A stretch of 63,995 bases of DNA, counting the filler, from Folioceros fuciformis (lineage: Eukaryota), in the NCBI GenBank assembly GCA_049999805.1. It is 7 parts of 7 records of this genome, joined end to end, with 100 filler letters (N's around TTAATTAATTAA, not from the genome) between each part and the next. Parts side by side here need not be neighbours in the genome. Positions count along the whole stretch, not along the records: positions 15,518 to 32,279 come from JBNGIO010005073.1; positions 32,380 to 46,252 come from JBNGIO010005074.1; 5 more parts are not named here. One strand, written 5' to 3'. The notes beneath the pieces were generated by a model. That model was not told the DNA's origin, did not search any database, and saw only the letters and a list, made by a program, of their open reading frames with translations. Made by a program: the position numbers and the translations under genes. Shown piece after piece: positions 24,454 to 36,400 of the stretch (position 1 is the first letter of the stretch; each line of letters opens with the position of its first letter).

Positions 24454-26781
24454 ACAGCTTCCTTGCAGACCACATCTCCTCTGGAACCTGCTCATTCACA
24501 GCCTTACTAGGAGATCTGTTAATAAGATGCACCGTAGTAGCCACTGCTTATGCCCAAAATCCGTTAGGCAATCTAGAGTTTGTCAACAAACTATGAATCC
24601 TCTCCTGGATGGTCCTGTTCATTCGTTCAGCCACACCATTCTGGGGAGGAGTATATGGGGCAGTCAATTCTCTCTTGATTCCCTCGGAATCACAGAATGA
24701 CTGGAAAGCCTTCAAAACATATTCTCCCCCATTGTCTGTCCTTAGACACTTTAGTCGGAGGCCAAACTGATTCTCCGCAAGGGTGATGAATTTCTGAAAC
24801 ATTGTCAGAACATCATCCATTTCCTTAAAGGATAAACCCACACCTTGCGTGAGAAATCATCTATAAAAGTGACAAAATAGAATGCACCGCCTAACGATAT
24901 AGTGGGCATAGGTCCACAAACGTCACTGTGAACCAACTCAAGAGATTTACTTTTGTGTTTACCTCTTGCTCCATGTGGTGACTTTGTTTGTTTTCCATAC
25001 AAACAGTGCTCACACACGTAGAAATCAGAGAAGTCAAAAGTAGGGACGTAACCAAAACGAGATAAGATCTTCATTCCTTTTTGAGACATATGTCCTAACT
25101 AACAATGCCACAAGGAAACACTTGGCTGTTCCGTTACACAAATCACATGATCCTTGATAGTGGTTACCTGAAGTGAGTACAAAGTGCCACACTTCGATCC
25201 ACGAGCTAACATAAGAGAACCTTTAGAGATCTTCCAAGAATGATCTCCAAACCAATAGTGGTAGCCAGCGTCATCCAATTGCCCTGCACTAATCATGCTT
25301 TTGTCAACTTTGGAACATGCCTAACATCCTTCAGTATGAATGAAGATCCGTTGTCGAACTTTAGCTGCACATCACTAACGCCTGCAATCTCGCATGTGTA
25401 GTTATTTCCAAGCCAAACACATCCTTTCCTAGTAGTATCATAGGTGCTAAACCACTCCCTATGCGGAGTAACATGGAAAGATGCTCTAGAGTCAATTATC
25501 CAATTCGAGAATAAGTGACTATCCACGGCTGTCAGTTGTGTAGAATCGAAGGAAGAAGAGATAAGAACATCTGCATCGTCAACATAATTCACCTCGTTAG
25601 GCTTGATACTCAGACTTGCCTTGTTGTCGCTTTGCTTCTTCTCCTTTCCTTTGTCCTTCTTGAACTTTTCGCAGTCCCTTCTGATCTGACCCTTCTTGTG
25701 ACAATGGTAACACTCAACATTGTTACGACTACGAGATTTACTACGGGAAAGACTTCGCTCCTTGTACTTCCCCTTTGAAGTGGACCTTCCTCTCACCATG
25801 AGGGCATTGGAACCTTTCGAAGGTTCCAATTTCTTCCTATTCACCTCCTTTATTAATAGGCTACCTTCTACATTTACAACAGTAAGACCATTGGCAGGAG
25901 CAGAATTACTTAGAGCTGTATGAAATGTGTCCCAACTCTCTGGTAATGTGACCAACAGAAACATAGCTCTCACGGAATCTGGGAACGAGATAGCTTGAGA
26001 TGAGAACTAGATGAAAATGGTATTGAACTCATTCAAATGATCGGACATCCTCGTCTCTTCCTTCATCTTCAAGTCCAACAGCTATTTCAACCAGTACACC
26101 TGAGAAGCCACATTTTGCTTCTCATACAGGTCACACAACTTCTGCCATAGCACTTGTGGTCTTGTCTTTCACACTGAAGTAGACCAACTTCGACAATGTT
26201 AGTATGATGGTAGACCTAGCAAGCTCATCCAGATCATGGCACTCATCCTAAGTCATGCTAATAGGTTTCACTCCTAGCAACTTTATGGGCCCCGCCCAAG
26301 GCTTGCCCGCTGCGGGGCGGCCAAGCAGCCCGCAGGGCTGAGCCTGGCAGCTTGCACGGCCCGCGGTATGGGGCACATCCGGCTGCCTGGCTTCCGCTCT
26401 CAGTCTGTTGCGGCCTTTGCCTAGATGCCCATCTTCACAGCCTTGCGCACCGTGTTCGCAGCACCTAGAGCCATCACCCTTGCTCCACAATCCTAGCTCT
26501 GATACCAGTTAAAGGATCGCTAGAGGAGCCACATGGTGAAGGAGGAGAGGAGAAAGAGAGGTCACACTCTCACATAGAGTCTCAATAGCAAGGGAGCTCA
26601 AGGGGGTATTTATACCCTCTAGAAGAGCTCCCAAGGAAGCTTCACAAGAAGCGCATAGGAAGTTGCACAAGAAGCTTCCCACAGATTAGCTTAAGCTAAT
26701 CTAAACTAATGATACTTAACTAGACACTAATCTTAGACTAAACACATTAGTCTAAGCACATTGGGCTTTAATAATCCTACA
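24454..26781 (-). mobile_element. Ty1/Copia element C, 5' half, interrupted at the end of integrase by element B
   Basis: LTR ~26510-26781; PBS ending 26507; gag LLVTLPESW; CYHCHKKG; WIIDSRASFHV; LVHSDVCGP; PYTPPQNGVAERMNRT; junction at EEMWSARKL|. Confidence 0.92.
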
Positions 26782-28767
26782 CCTTGGCCTGCTATGGAGA
26801 GCTATTTTGAAAGGGTGCTTGATGTCTTTTAGTTACGACACAAGCTTCACACCAGGATAGAGGTTCTATCAAAGTAAGGGAAGGATTCCTGTAGAAATTT
26901 TCCTTAGACATTTGAATAAGTTTTTGGCTATAAGGATGACCTAATCGTCAATGCCAAAGTTCGGTTGTATTGGAAGTGACAGAATTTTGGGAAGCGACAT
27001 GTATCCTATCATGTGAGGATCCCACTTGGACAGACAATTTGTATAACCCATCCTCTAAAGTGCATGTGCATATGTTAACAGATTCACTCAGAAAATAAGT
27101 GATAATACAACTATCTGTGTTTAAAATGACTTGTAGACAATGTTTAGAACATAATCTAGCGGCTAATACTGAATTTTTACACATGGATGGTATGTGAAGG
27201 ACATTAGAGAGAGAAAGAACTTGGCCTGAAGAACATTGGAGAGCGACTGAACCTACACCAAAGATGGGGAGGTTGTGGTCATCCCCCAACAGGACAGTCT
27301 GGTGTCTGGATATTGGCGAATATGACTCAAAAGAGTTTTCGTTGTAACAGATGTGTAACGTAGCTCCACTGCCCAAGTACCAACTTGGGTTTGTTACCTT
27401 TGATAATGCCAAGCATACAGTGAGAGCTGAGGGTGTTGTGGAAGATTGTCTCTTCACGGCAATATTTGCTCTAGGCGTGGCCTCCTTTCTAGGCTCACCA
27501 TTCTTAAAAACCATTGCCAAACATCATATTCTTTTCCATTGAATCTTTCTCCTTGAAGCCTTCTCCATGAATCACCGTAGTAGGTGAATTAAATGTCTTC
27601 TTCTTCCACTCTTCTTCCCATGTGGCTTTTTCTTCAGCAAGCCATATTCTAAGTTTTCTGGCATTTGTGTCTGAATTTGTGACTTCGTCAATTACTTGTT
27701 CCTTAGACATTGCAAATGATGTTCAGAGTTAATGAAGATAACTGGATCGTGCTTGAGGTGTAGTCTTGTTGATGAGTTTTGGAGTCACGCGTGAGCACAA
27801 ACTGAAGTTCTTCTTTGTTCTTTTACAAGTATCTGTATTATACCTGATAGAAGGATTAGAAGTGTCAACTTCTCAAACAGTTAGATTGTTGACAGCTTTA
27901 GAGTGTAAGTTTATCTCTTAGGTAAGGTAATCCAATCTCACATTAGTTGAACTATCAATTTGAATAGCCTCTAATCTAATGGAGTTGAGTGTTTGTTGTA
28001 ACTTGTCTGAATTTAGGAAGAAAGGTGTAGTCTTGTTATAGATGAATTGAAAAATTGCGCACTCAATGCATCCAATTTGATAAAGGCTAAATGTTGAAAG
28101 CAAACTTCTTTTAGCTAATGTGATGGACTTTGTTTTGTGTTCAGACTCAAAGAGAAGAGCAAATATGAGATTGGAGCCATGAACTTCAAGCATATCATTT
28201 CCAGCAAGGGAGTTAGCATCAAACTCCTCTGATGATTCTTCTATAAAGTTTTGTCATTGCCTTCTCCTTCTCTGGGTCTTGACTTTCCACCTTCTTCCAT
28301 GTTTGCTAGGATTTGAAGAATTCATGCTGAGCGAACAAGAAATGGATGCACAAGTTGTGCATCCTTAGAACACTTGATGCTACACTTGATTGGTTCCCAG
28401 AATGAAGCATGCACGATGCATTGTTGACAATGGAAGAGATCTAGAATAACGTTGAGCAATAGGGAGCATAGAGCTTAAGCATAGAGAGTTAGTTGCTTTG
28501 ATACCATGATGAGAATCATAGCTCTTAGGCATGAAGTGCTACAATGAGAATTGCATTAAGAAAGTAAAGTGTACAAGCCTTTATATAGGCTAGGTGGTTA
28601 GGTGGTTACAACCATACATTGTTGTAACCACTAGGTAGTTGCAACTAATATAACAACTAACTACCTAGAGCAACTAAATAGGAAACTACCTAATGCCCTA
28701 GGAATAAATTAATGTCTAAGTAATATAGCCCTAATGAATAGTGCCCTAAACTAGATATATTTCATCA
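26782..28767 (-). mobile_element. Ty1/Copia element D, 5' part with internal gag deletion, interrupted just before the integrase core by element C
   Basis: LTR 28507-28767 (TGATG...CATCA); PBS ending 28506; extra ORF; gag ATG 27710 fused to the post-zinc-knuckle region; WYLGSGATLHI; LWH.RLGHP. Same family as 53425-56329. Confidence 0.9.
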
Positions 28768-29136
28768 CCCAGTGCGCTGGTCCTCCAACCCGGCTCCCGC
28801 ACCTACTTGCGAGAACCCTTGGCATTCCCAACCAGCAATTAGCTCATCGATGGGTCCCAAAGCCCGGATGGCCCTGTTGGATGTACCTGACGTCTAGAGG
28901 CAATGCTGCGAATGTGGCAGCCAATGGTGACTCTGGCAGTTGTGTGGGAAACCTTCTATGGGGCTCTTGTAAACGATGAGCAGCCATCTGCTGTGCTTCC
29001 CCGCTGTTGTCGTAGTATACATAATGCCAAATGGGGAGGCCTGCAAGGCTTCCAGGCCAGTGCAAATACCTTCGAATAGTTCGACCAGAAAGAGGCTTGC
29101 ACTTGGGATGGGCCAAGCAATCACCTGAGCACTAAC
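28768..29136 (-). pseudogene. Cytosine-5 DNA methyltransferase fragment (motifs I-IV), intronless, two frameshifts
   Basis: Three-frame reading: LFLVELFEGICTGLEAL (motif I-like FxGxxT) / LAGLPIWHYVYYDNSGEAQQMAAHRL...LPLDVRYI (motifs II-III) / IRALGPIDELIAGWECQGFSQVGAGAGLEDQRTG (motif IV). Bounded exactly by two LTR termini. Confidence 0.85.
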
Positions 29137-32100
29137 TGTAGGGTTATTAAAGCCCAATGTGCTTAGACTGATGTTTTTAGTCTAAGATTAGTGTCTAGTT
29201 AAGTATCATTAGATTAAATTAGCTTAAGCGAATATGTAGGAAGCTTCTTGTGTAGCTTCTTGTGCGCTTCTTGTGTAGCTTCCTGTGCGCTTCTTATGTA
29301 GCTTCCTGTGCGCTTTTTGTGTAGCTTCCTGTGCGCTTCTTGTGAAGCTTCATAGGGAGCTCTTCTAGAGGGTATAAATATCCCCTTGGGCTCCCTTGCT
29401 ATTGAGACTCTGTGTGAGAGTGTGACCTCTCTTTTTCCTCTCCTCCTTGCTTCTGAGTATCAAGCGTGACAAGGTGAACTCTGTTGATGATGGAGATGTT
29501 CTTATCTCTTCTTCCTTCGATTCTGCACAACTGACAACCACGGAGAGTCACTTATTCTCTAATTGGATAATTGACTGTGGAGCATCTTTCCATGTTACTC
29601 CACATAGGCAGTGGTTTAGCACTTATGATGCTACTAGGAAAGGATGTGTTCGGCTTAAAAAACTATGCATACGAGATTGCAGGTGTTGGTGATGCGCAGC
29701 TGAAGTTCCATAATGGATCTTCATCTTCGTACTGAAGGATGTTAGGCATGTTCCAAAGTTGACCAAAATGCATGATTAGCGTAGGGCAGTTGGATGACGC
29801 TGGCTACCACTGTTGGTTTGGAGATCGTTCTTGGAAGATCTCCAAAGGTTCTCTTGTGTTAGCTCGTGGATTGAAGTGTGGCACTTTGTACTCACTTCAG
29901 GGGTAACCACTGTCAAGGATCATTTGATTTGTGTAACGGAACAACCAAGTGTTTCCTTGTGGCATAATCAGTTAAGACATGTCTCGAAAAGGAATGAAGA
30001 TCTTATCTCGTTTTGGTTACGTCCCTGCTTTTGACTTCTCCGATTTCTCCGTGTATGAGCACTGTTTGTATGGGAAACAAACAAAGTCACCACATGGAGC
30101 AAGAGGTAAACACAAAAGTAAACCTCTTGAGTTGGTTCACAGTGACTTTTGTGGACCTATGCCCACTGTATCGTTAGGCGGTGCATCCTATTTTGTCACT
30201 TTCACAGATGATTTCTCACGCAAGTTGTGGGTTTATTCTTTGAGGAAAAAGGATGATGTTTCAACAGTGTTTCAGAAATTCATCACCCTTGTGGAGAATC
30301 AGTCTAGCCTCCGACTGAAGTGTCTAAGGACAGACAATGGGGGAGAGTACGTTTTGAAGGCTTTACAGTCATTCTGTGATTCCAAGGGAATCAAGAGAGA
30401 ATTGATTGCCCCGTATACTCCTCCCCAGAATGGTGTGGCTGAACGGATGAACAGGACCATCCAGGATAGGATGCATAGTTTGTTGTCAAACTTTGGATTG
30501 CCTAACGGATTTTGGGCAGAAGCAATGGTTTCTGCAGTGCATCTTATTAACAGATCTCCTAATAGGGCTGTGGATGAGCAGGTTTCAGAGGAGATGTGGT
30601 CTGGAAAGAAGCCGTCTTAAAAGCATCTACGAGTGTTTGGCTGCAAAGCATACTACCATGTTCCTAAGGAGTTTCGGGACAAGTTGGCTCCTAAGTCAAG
30701 AAAATGTATTTTTCTTGGCTATGGTGAATTTGGTAAAATGGGATACCGTTTGTGGGATCTAAAGGCCAAGAGGATGGTTTGCAGCAATGACATGTTCTTC
30801 AATGAGGTCAAGATGCACAAGAAGCCTACTCCAACTATGGAGGTGCGATGGGTGGTCTTCCAAGAAGATGGACTTGATCGTCCCACGCAGGTTGAACGTT
30901 ATGATGTGCAGGAATAAGTTCCTCCACTTGTAGAAGAGGAGAGAGTGCAACCAGCTCCCATCGAGGCACCAGTGCTTCGGAGGTCAGGAAGGATTTCATG
31001 TCCTTCTGACAGGTATGTTGCATCTCTTGATTATGTCATGCTGACAGATTGTGGGGAGCCCTCTTGTTATCAAGAGGCCTTGTCAGTGACTGACAAGGAC
31101 AAGTGGGAGAAGGCGATGCAGTTGCAGATGGATTCGCTCCATAAGAACCAAACTTGGGAGTTGGTTTGATTGCCTAGAGGCTTGAAGGCATTGCCATGCA
31201 AATGGGTGTATAAGATGAAGGACATACCCTATTATGGCAAACCTAAGTACAAGGCACGATTGGTTGATAAGGGTTTTAAGCAACAACAAGGTATTGACTT
31301 TGATGAGATTTTCTCGCCAGTTGTCAAAATGACCACCTTGCAATGTGTTCTTGGTCTGGTTGCGAGGAACGACATGGAACTTGTCTAGATGGATGTGAAG
31401 TCGGCATTTCTGCATGGTGATCTCCAGGAAGAGGTATACATGCAGCAACCAGAGGGTTTCATTGAGAAGGGCAAAGAGAATCTGGTGTGCAGGTTAAAGA
31501 AGAGCCTTTATGGTTTGAAACAAGCACCCAGGGAGTGGTATTACAAGTTCCACTCATTTATGCTTTCTCAAGGCTACAAACGTAGCGATGAGGATCATTG
31601 CCTCTATATGAAGCAAGCTAAGGATGGAAGCTTGCTCATTCTGGTCCTCAATGTGGATGATATACTAATTGCTGGGACTAACAATGATGATATTTCAGCA
31701 TTGAAGTCAAAGTTGAATGCTCGCTTTGACATGATAGACTTGGGAGAGGCAAGCCATATTCTTGGCATGCGTATTCGTCGAGACAGACAGAAGCGTTTGC
31801 TGTACTTGTCTCAAACTAAATATATTAACAAGGTGCTTCAACGTTTCAACATGGAGAAGGGGAAGGTATTGAGTACTCAGTTGCCTCCATATGTGAAATT
31901 GTCGAGCAAGGATTGCCCAAGCTTTGCGGAGGACAAAGCTAAAATGGAGAAATGGGAGTGGTTAGCAGGTTTATGTCAAACCCTGGTAGGAAGCATTGGG
32001 AGGCAGTGAAAGGAATTATGAGGTACTTAAATGGTATGAAAGCTTTGTGCTTATGTTTTGGTAGTGAAGATGCATCTGTCGTGGGATATACGAATGCTGA

Positions 32101-32279
32101 TTATGAAGGGAATATGGACAAAAGGAGGTCCACATCAAGTTATGTCTTCATGTGCACTAGAGGGGCAGTCTCATGGCGATTGCGTTTGCAATCGTGCATA
32201 ACGTTATCTACCACGGAGGCCAAGTATGTTGCAGCAACTGAGGCGTGCAAGGAAGCCATGTGGCTTGCTCATTTAGTGG
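29137..32279 (+). mobile_element. Ty1/Copia element of family C with PBS and most of gag deleted; PR-INT-RT-RH present, degenerate; cut by contig end
   Basis: LTR start TGTAGGGTTATTAAAGCCCAATG matches the LTR at 26781; jumps at ~29447 into the gag C-terminus; integrase 29979-30620 is close to 24548-25089; [14 protein letters not shown]...[19 protein letters not shown]. Confidence 0.93.
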
Positions 32280-32379
32280 NNNNNNNNNNNNNNNNNNNNN
32301 NNNNNNNNNNNNNNNNNNNNNNNTTAATTAATTAANNNNNNNNNNNNNNNNNNNNNNNNNNNNNNNNNNNNNNNNNNNN
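32280..32379. other. Artificial contig linker
   Basis: N44-TTAATTAATTAA-N44. Confidence 0.98.
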
Positions 32380-32424
32380 TTTTCAACCAAAACAAACTAC
32401 TACCCCAAACTTTGGAGGTTCACA
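32380..32424. repeat. Terminal fragment of a dispersed repeat, probably an LTR end; second copy at ~53258-53302
   Basis: TTTTCAACCAAAACAAACTACTACCCCAAACTTTGGAGGTTCACA versus TTTTCAATCAAAACAAACCACTACCCCAAACTTTGGAGGTTCATA. Confidence 0.7.
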
Positions 32425-33528
32425 TAGGCTGTCTACCTATGACAATGAGTGGGAATGGTAAGGAACCTACCTATGAGAGGAGAGGTAGGGAACCTACCTA
32501 CGAAGGGAGCAACAGGGACCATACCATGAAGGTGACATCCTCACCCTACGTAGGGAAGGAACCTCAAGTTGAAGAACAAGTATATCCCTTCCCTACCAAA
32601 CCTGTAGGTGGTGGTGAAGGGATATCCCAAGAGATCCACACACAGGAAGGTACGGTGGAAGTTCGATCCAAAAGAAGACGAATCCCAATAATGGAGGGGG
32701 TCCCAGTAGCTCAACCTTCATACTCTGCCTTCCTTCAGGAGCAATCCTAGCCACACCTCTTTGGAGAGAGGGTTAATGAATCTTCTATGGCAGTGCCGAC
32801 AGTCCTAATCTTCAGCGGCGCGCACTGCCCTAGCAGTAATTGGTAGGACTTAGCCTCTTGGTAGGTGTGCGTAGTTAAAGTTGGTGGCGCCTAGTGTGAG
32901 AGAAGGGTAGCCCACCACCTACACGTAGGAGAGGGTTCATGTGTCGATCTCTCCTATAAGGAGGGGCTACACAAAGAAATGAACACCACATTCTGCACTC
33001 TTCTCATGGCAAGTTCTCATGCTCAGCAGAGCGTAGGAATCTCGTTGCTGGCTGTGTGCCATCACAGCGCCTGGTTGTGGCTAGAGTTGCAGTGGTCGAA
33101 GTGCTTGGCAGAGAGCTCATATTCTTTCATGGGCACCCCTACAAGTTGCTTCCCTTGTGAATGGTTGTTGTGCTACTGTAGGTGTGTGGCAATACCTGTA
33201 TGACTGTTGGCTTGAGGGTAGACTCCAGGGAAAGACTCCCTGGAAGTTCTCGCTAACAAGCACAAGCACGCAACAACCGGCCCAAGGAAAAACTTGTCGG
33301 GCCGTTTTTTGGATAATGAGTGTTTTGTGACAAATAGTGAATCAACTTTTGTAAACCTGCGTGGACATCCTGGCGGAAGGGGGAGCTGTGAGTGCCCTTT
33401 CTGTTGCCAATCGCAAAGGTTCTTCTAGTGTCTGGTTGGGAGTGTTGAACGCAGGGAGAAGAGAAGTTGGATCGCTATGGAAGGTGTTGCGAGGAGACTT
33501 GTGAGGAAGGGGTGTTGGGTGTAGGTAG

Positions 33529-33978
33529 TTAGAAATCGGTAGGGGAAGGTACTGGGGCCCTTTCAAGTGAAGGAATGGTGCCTTCCTACCAACTGGACGT
33601 GTTGAAGGTATGCGCTAGGGAAGGTTGAATGTTGAAGGTGAGCGATAAACACAGTTGGGGGAGCGTAGCAAGCTCGGAGGAAAACTTGGTCGTTGGGCGT
33701 AGGGAGATAAGCAGCTAGATTGTGGGTTAAGGAAGGTGTTGTAGGGAGCCTTGTGAGGAAAAGGTATTGAGTGCAGGGAGGTAGAAATCGGTAGGGGAGG
33801 TACTGGGGCCCTTCCAAGTGAAGGAATGGTGCCTACCTACTGACTGGACGTGAGGAAGGTGTTGTAGGGAGTCTTGTGAGGAAAAGATATTGAGTGTGGG
33901 GAGGTAGAAATCGGTAGGGGAGGTATTGGGGCCCTTCCAAGTGAAGGAATGGTGCCTACCTACTGACTGGACGTGTTG
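33529..33978. repeat. Imperfect direct repeats; three copies of a ~70-bp core
   Basis: Core TAGAAATCGGTAGGGGAGGTACTGGGGCCCTTCCAAGTGAAGGAATGGTGCCTACCTACTGACTGGACGTG at ~33530, ~33782 and ~33905. Confidence 0.85.
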
Positions 33979-34019
33979 CAGGATTGGCAGGTACGCGATT
34001 GGGAGGGTTGACTATTGTA

Positions 34020-35370
34020 GGGGAACGATAGACATAGCTGACCAGGCTCAGAGGGGAGTGATTCCGAGGAAGCTTACAACGACCGTGGGATTGATGTGGC
34101 CACGATACATGTGAGCGGGTGCCTGGTAGGGATACCACACCCGCTTGCCCACAGCATGTGTGAAGTTGACCTATTGAGCTGCCACCCTTGCGATCCTCAG
34201 GGCTCTCTACAAAATTAAAATCACCTGCCACCAGCCAGCTAATAGCAGGGTCAAGACGGTCCTTCATCCTTCTCCATGTCGTAGCTCGGAGGCAAGGTGT
34301 TGTAGGGGCATAAACATTGCACACCCCAACCACCCCTCATTGGAGGTGCAGTGACACCCATTGGAAGCAGAAATCCGTGTCCGTGCCATGCTCCCGAATT
34401 TTATCCTATAGTGACTAGTGGATTGTGATTTCCAGCCCTCCTTTGGATCCTTAGGCTGGGGCCCAGAAGGTCTGCCCCTGGATGTACAGCCGTTTTAGTG
34501 CACGGTCCTGCACCTTTCTTGCATCCAGCTTGTGCTCCTAGACATAGAAGATATCCCAATCGATCGACGATTGGGCATACGCTAATAGGGCTCTGCACTT
34601 GGAATGTGTCTTGAACCAGCGCGACAATTCTCTCACATTCCAGGAGATTACTTGCAGTTGTTGGCCTGTGACATGGCCTTGGTGGTGTGAACGACATTAG
34701 ATCAGTTGGTGCTTGTCGGCCATAGCTGTCACGGGAGCCAAGCAATTGTCAGGTGAGAGTTCAACCTGACTGTTGGGCTCTGGAACTGTCACAGGGTTGG
34801 TGAGTTTGGGCCTCTCGATGCCAAACGCCTCCTATGCCAGCCATACCCAGTCTTGTCGTCGTGGGACTACCCTGGTCCCTCCTTGCAGTGTAATCCATGC
34901 AGTGATTTGCGATGTAGAGTGGGCTGGGGAGACGGCTTTGGACTCTGGTAGGAAGAGGAGCAAGTCATCCCTCTCGAGAGCACCGCCCTCCCCTAGGATT
35001 GTAGTCGTAGCATCCAGCGCTGTCTTCCTCGAGTCTGAGGCCACCTCTAGGAATCGGGTTACACCGTCTTCCAGCTGCCACAAGGCCTCAGTTTGCTCGC
35101 CTTTTGCCCTGAAAACCTTGATCGTGGCACAAAATTGTGAAGTAGAGGTCAGAGGGAGAATGTCTGGGAACGAAAGCCCGTCATCCGTCGATGGAATAGC
35201 GTCCTACATCTCAACGGACTGAGTGTTAATTGTAGCCATTGGGGGCACGGCTTCACACGTGCTAGTGCCTAGGACCCCAAAAAGGGATACAAAGTTTGCC
35301 CTAGTCTCCTTGGGGTGTTGAGAGTGTTCCTGCTTCCGTCCGCCCTCTAGGTGGGAGTCACCTGTCGCTA
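34020..35370 (-). mobile_element. L1-like LINE fragment (ORF1 remnant and APE endonuclease), degenerate
   Basis: VGVCNVYAP...W...WLVAGDFNFVESPEDR in 33956-34333; boundaries approximate. Confidence 0.75.
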
Positions 35371-36243
35371 TGCGATATGGCGCAGCTGCTAGTCTGGGAC
35401 TACGTTGGCAAGATGTTGAGGACGGGGCTTTGCCCGCTCTTTGCTTCGGCTTTTCGTTCACGGGGTATATTGATACAAATTGGGCTTCTAACCCTGATTC
35501 GGGAAAGAGCCTTAGTGTCCGTTGTTTCCTCTTATCCTCAGCAGCCATCAACTGGAGTTGTAAGAAGCAATCCTCCATCGCCCTTTCCTCCACAGAAGCA
35601 AAGTACAAATCGCTCAACGAGGCTGCTAAGGAGGCAGAGTGGTAGAGATCTTTCCTCACAGATATAGACCAAAGGTAGGATTCACCCACGCCCCCTACAT
35701 TGTGACAACATGTCAGCAGTGGCCTTGGTTGCGAACCCTAAGTTTCACGCCAGGATGAATCACATTGAAATTCAGCACCATTACATCCATGATGTCGTTG
35801 AGCGGGGTGCAGTCATGGCCACCTATGTCCTATTGAGGAAAATGCTGCAGATGTATTTTACTAAGGGGCTACCCAAGCTATGCCATTACCAGCACATGCA
35901 GAAGCTAGGTCTGATTGCTGTAACCTAAGACAAGAGAGAGGACTTAGCCACAAGAGGGAGCGCATCATCAAGGAGCGTCACTTCCCATAGAAGATAGCCT
36001 TCATCACTGGTTAGGTTACTCTCAGCTTAAGAGGGAGTGTTACGGAACGGTTAATCTACTCGTAGAATAGTTACCATCCATAACAATAAGTCATCATGAA
36101 TAGGTGTGCCCCTTCGCGATGGGGCACCGACGTCTCAACTTTAAAAATACTCTTTGTATACCTTTCTACCAATGCTAATACAAATACATCTTGCATCATG
36201 GACTAGATGCACGCTATACAATCCTACTGCTAGGATTCCATCA
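35371..36243 (+). mobile_element. Ty1/Copia 3' end (RNase H, PPT, 3' LTR 36038-36243)
   Basis: GYIDTNWA...WSCKKQSSIALSSTEAKY, NPKFHAR..HIEIQHHYI; PPT AAGAGGGAG followed by TGTTACGGAA...TTCCATCA. Confidence 0.88.
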
Positions 36244-36347
36244 AAAACATATTATAATCAAACGCAACATGTGACTCTTGTGTGTGACGACACTTTGAAC
36301 AATGGTGCATGGTAACAAGTCTTGCAGTTTTGTACAAATATTGCAAT

Positions 36348-36400
36348 AGAAACTCCATGGTTAAGCACCCTTGTTGATGGATTAGTGCTAGGATGGGGGC
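36348..36400 (+). other. Degenerate 5S rRNA internal-promoter-like segment (possible Cassandra-type TRIM LTR relic)
   Basis: AACTCC-atg-GTTAAGC-acc-CTTG-N7-A-t-TAGT-g-CTAGGATGGG is collinear with plant 5S AACTCC-GCA-GTTAAGC-GTG-CTTG-GGCGAG-AGTAGTACTAGGATGGG. The 5' third of 5S is absent. Confidence 0.55.

Noticed and set aside
32425-33250. Possible Ty3/Gypsy gag remnant
   Set aside because: Only vague compositional similarity; no diagnostic motif.
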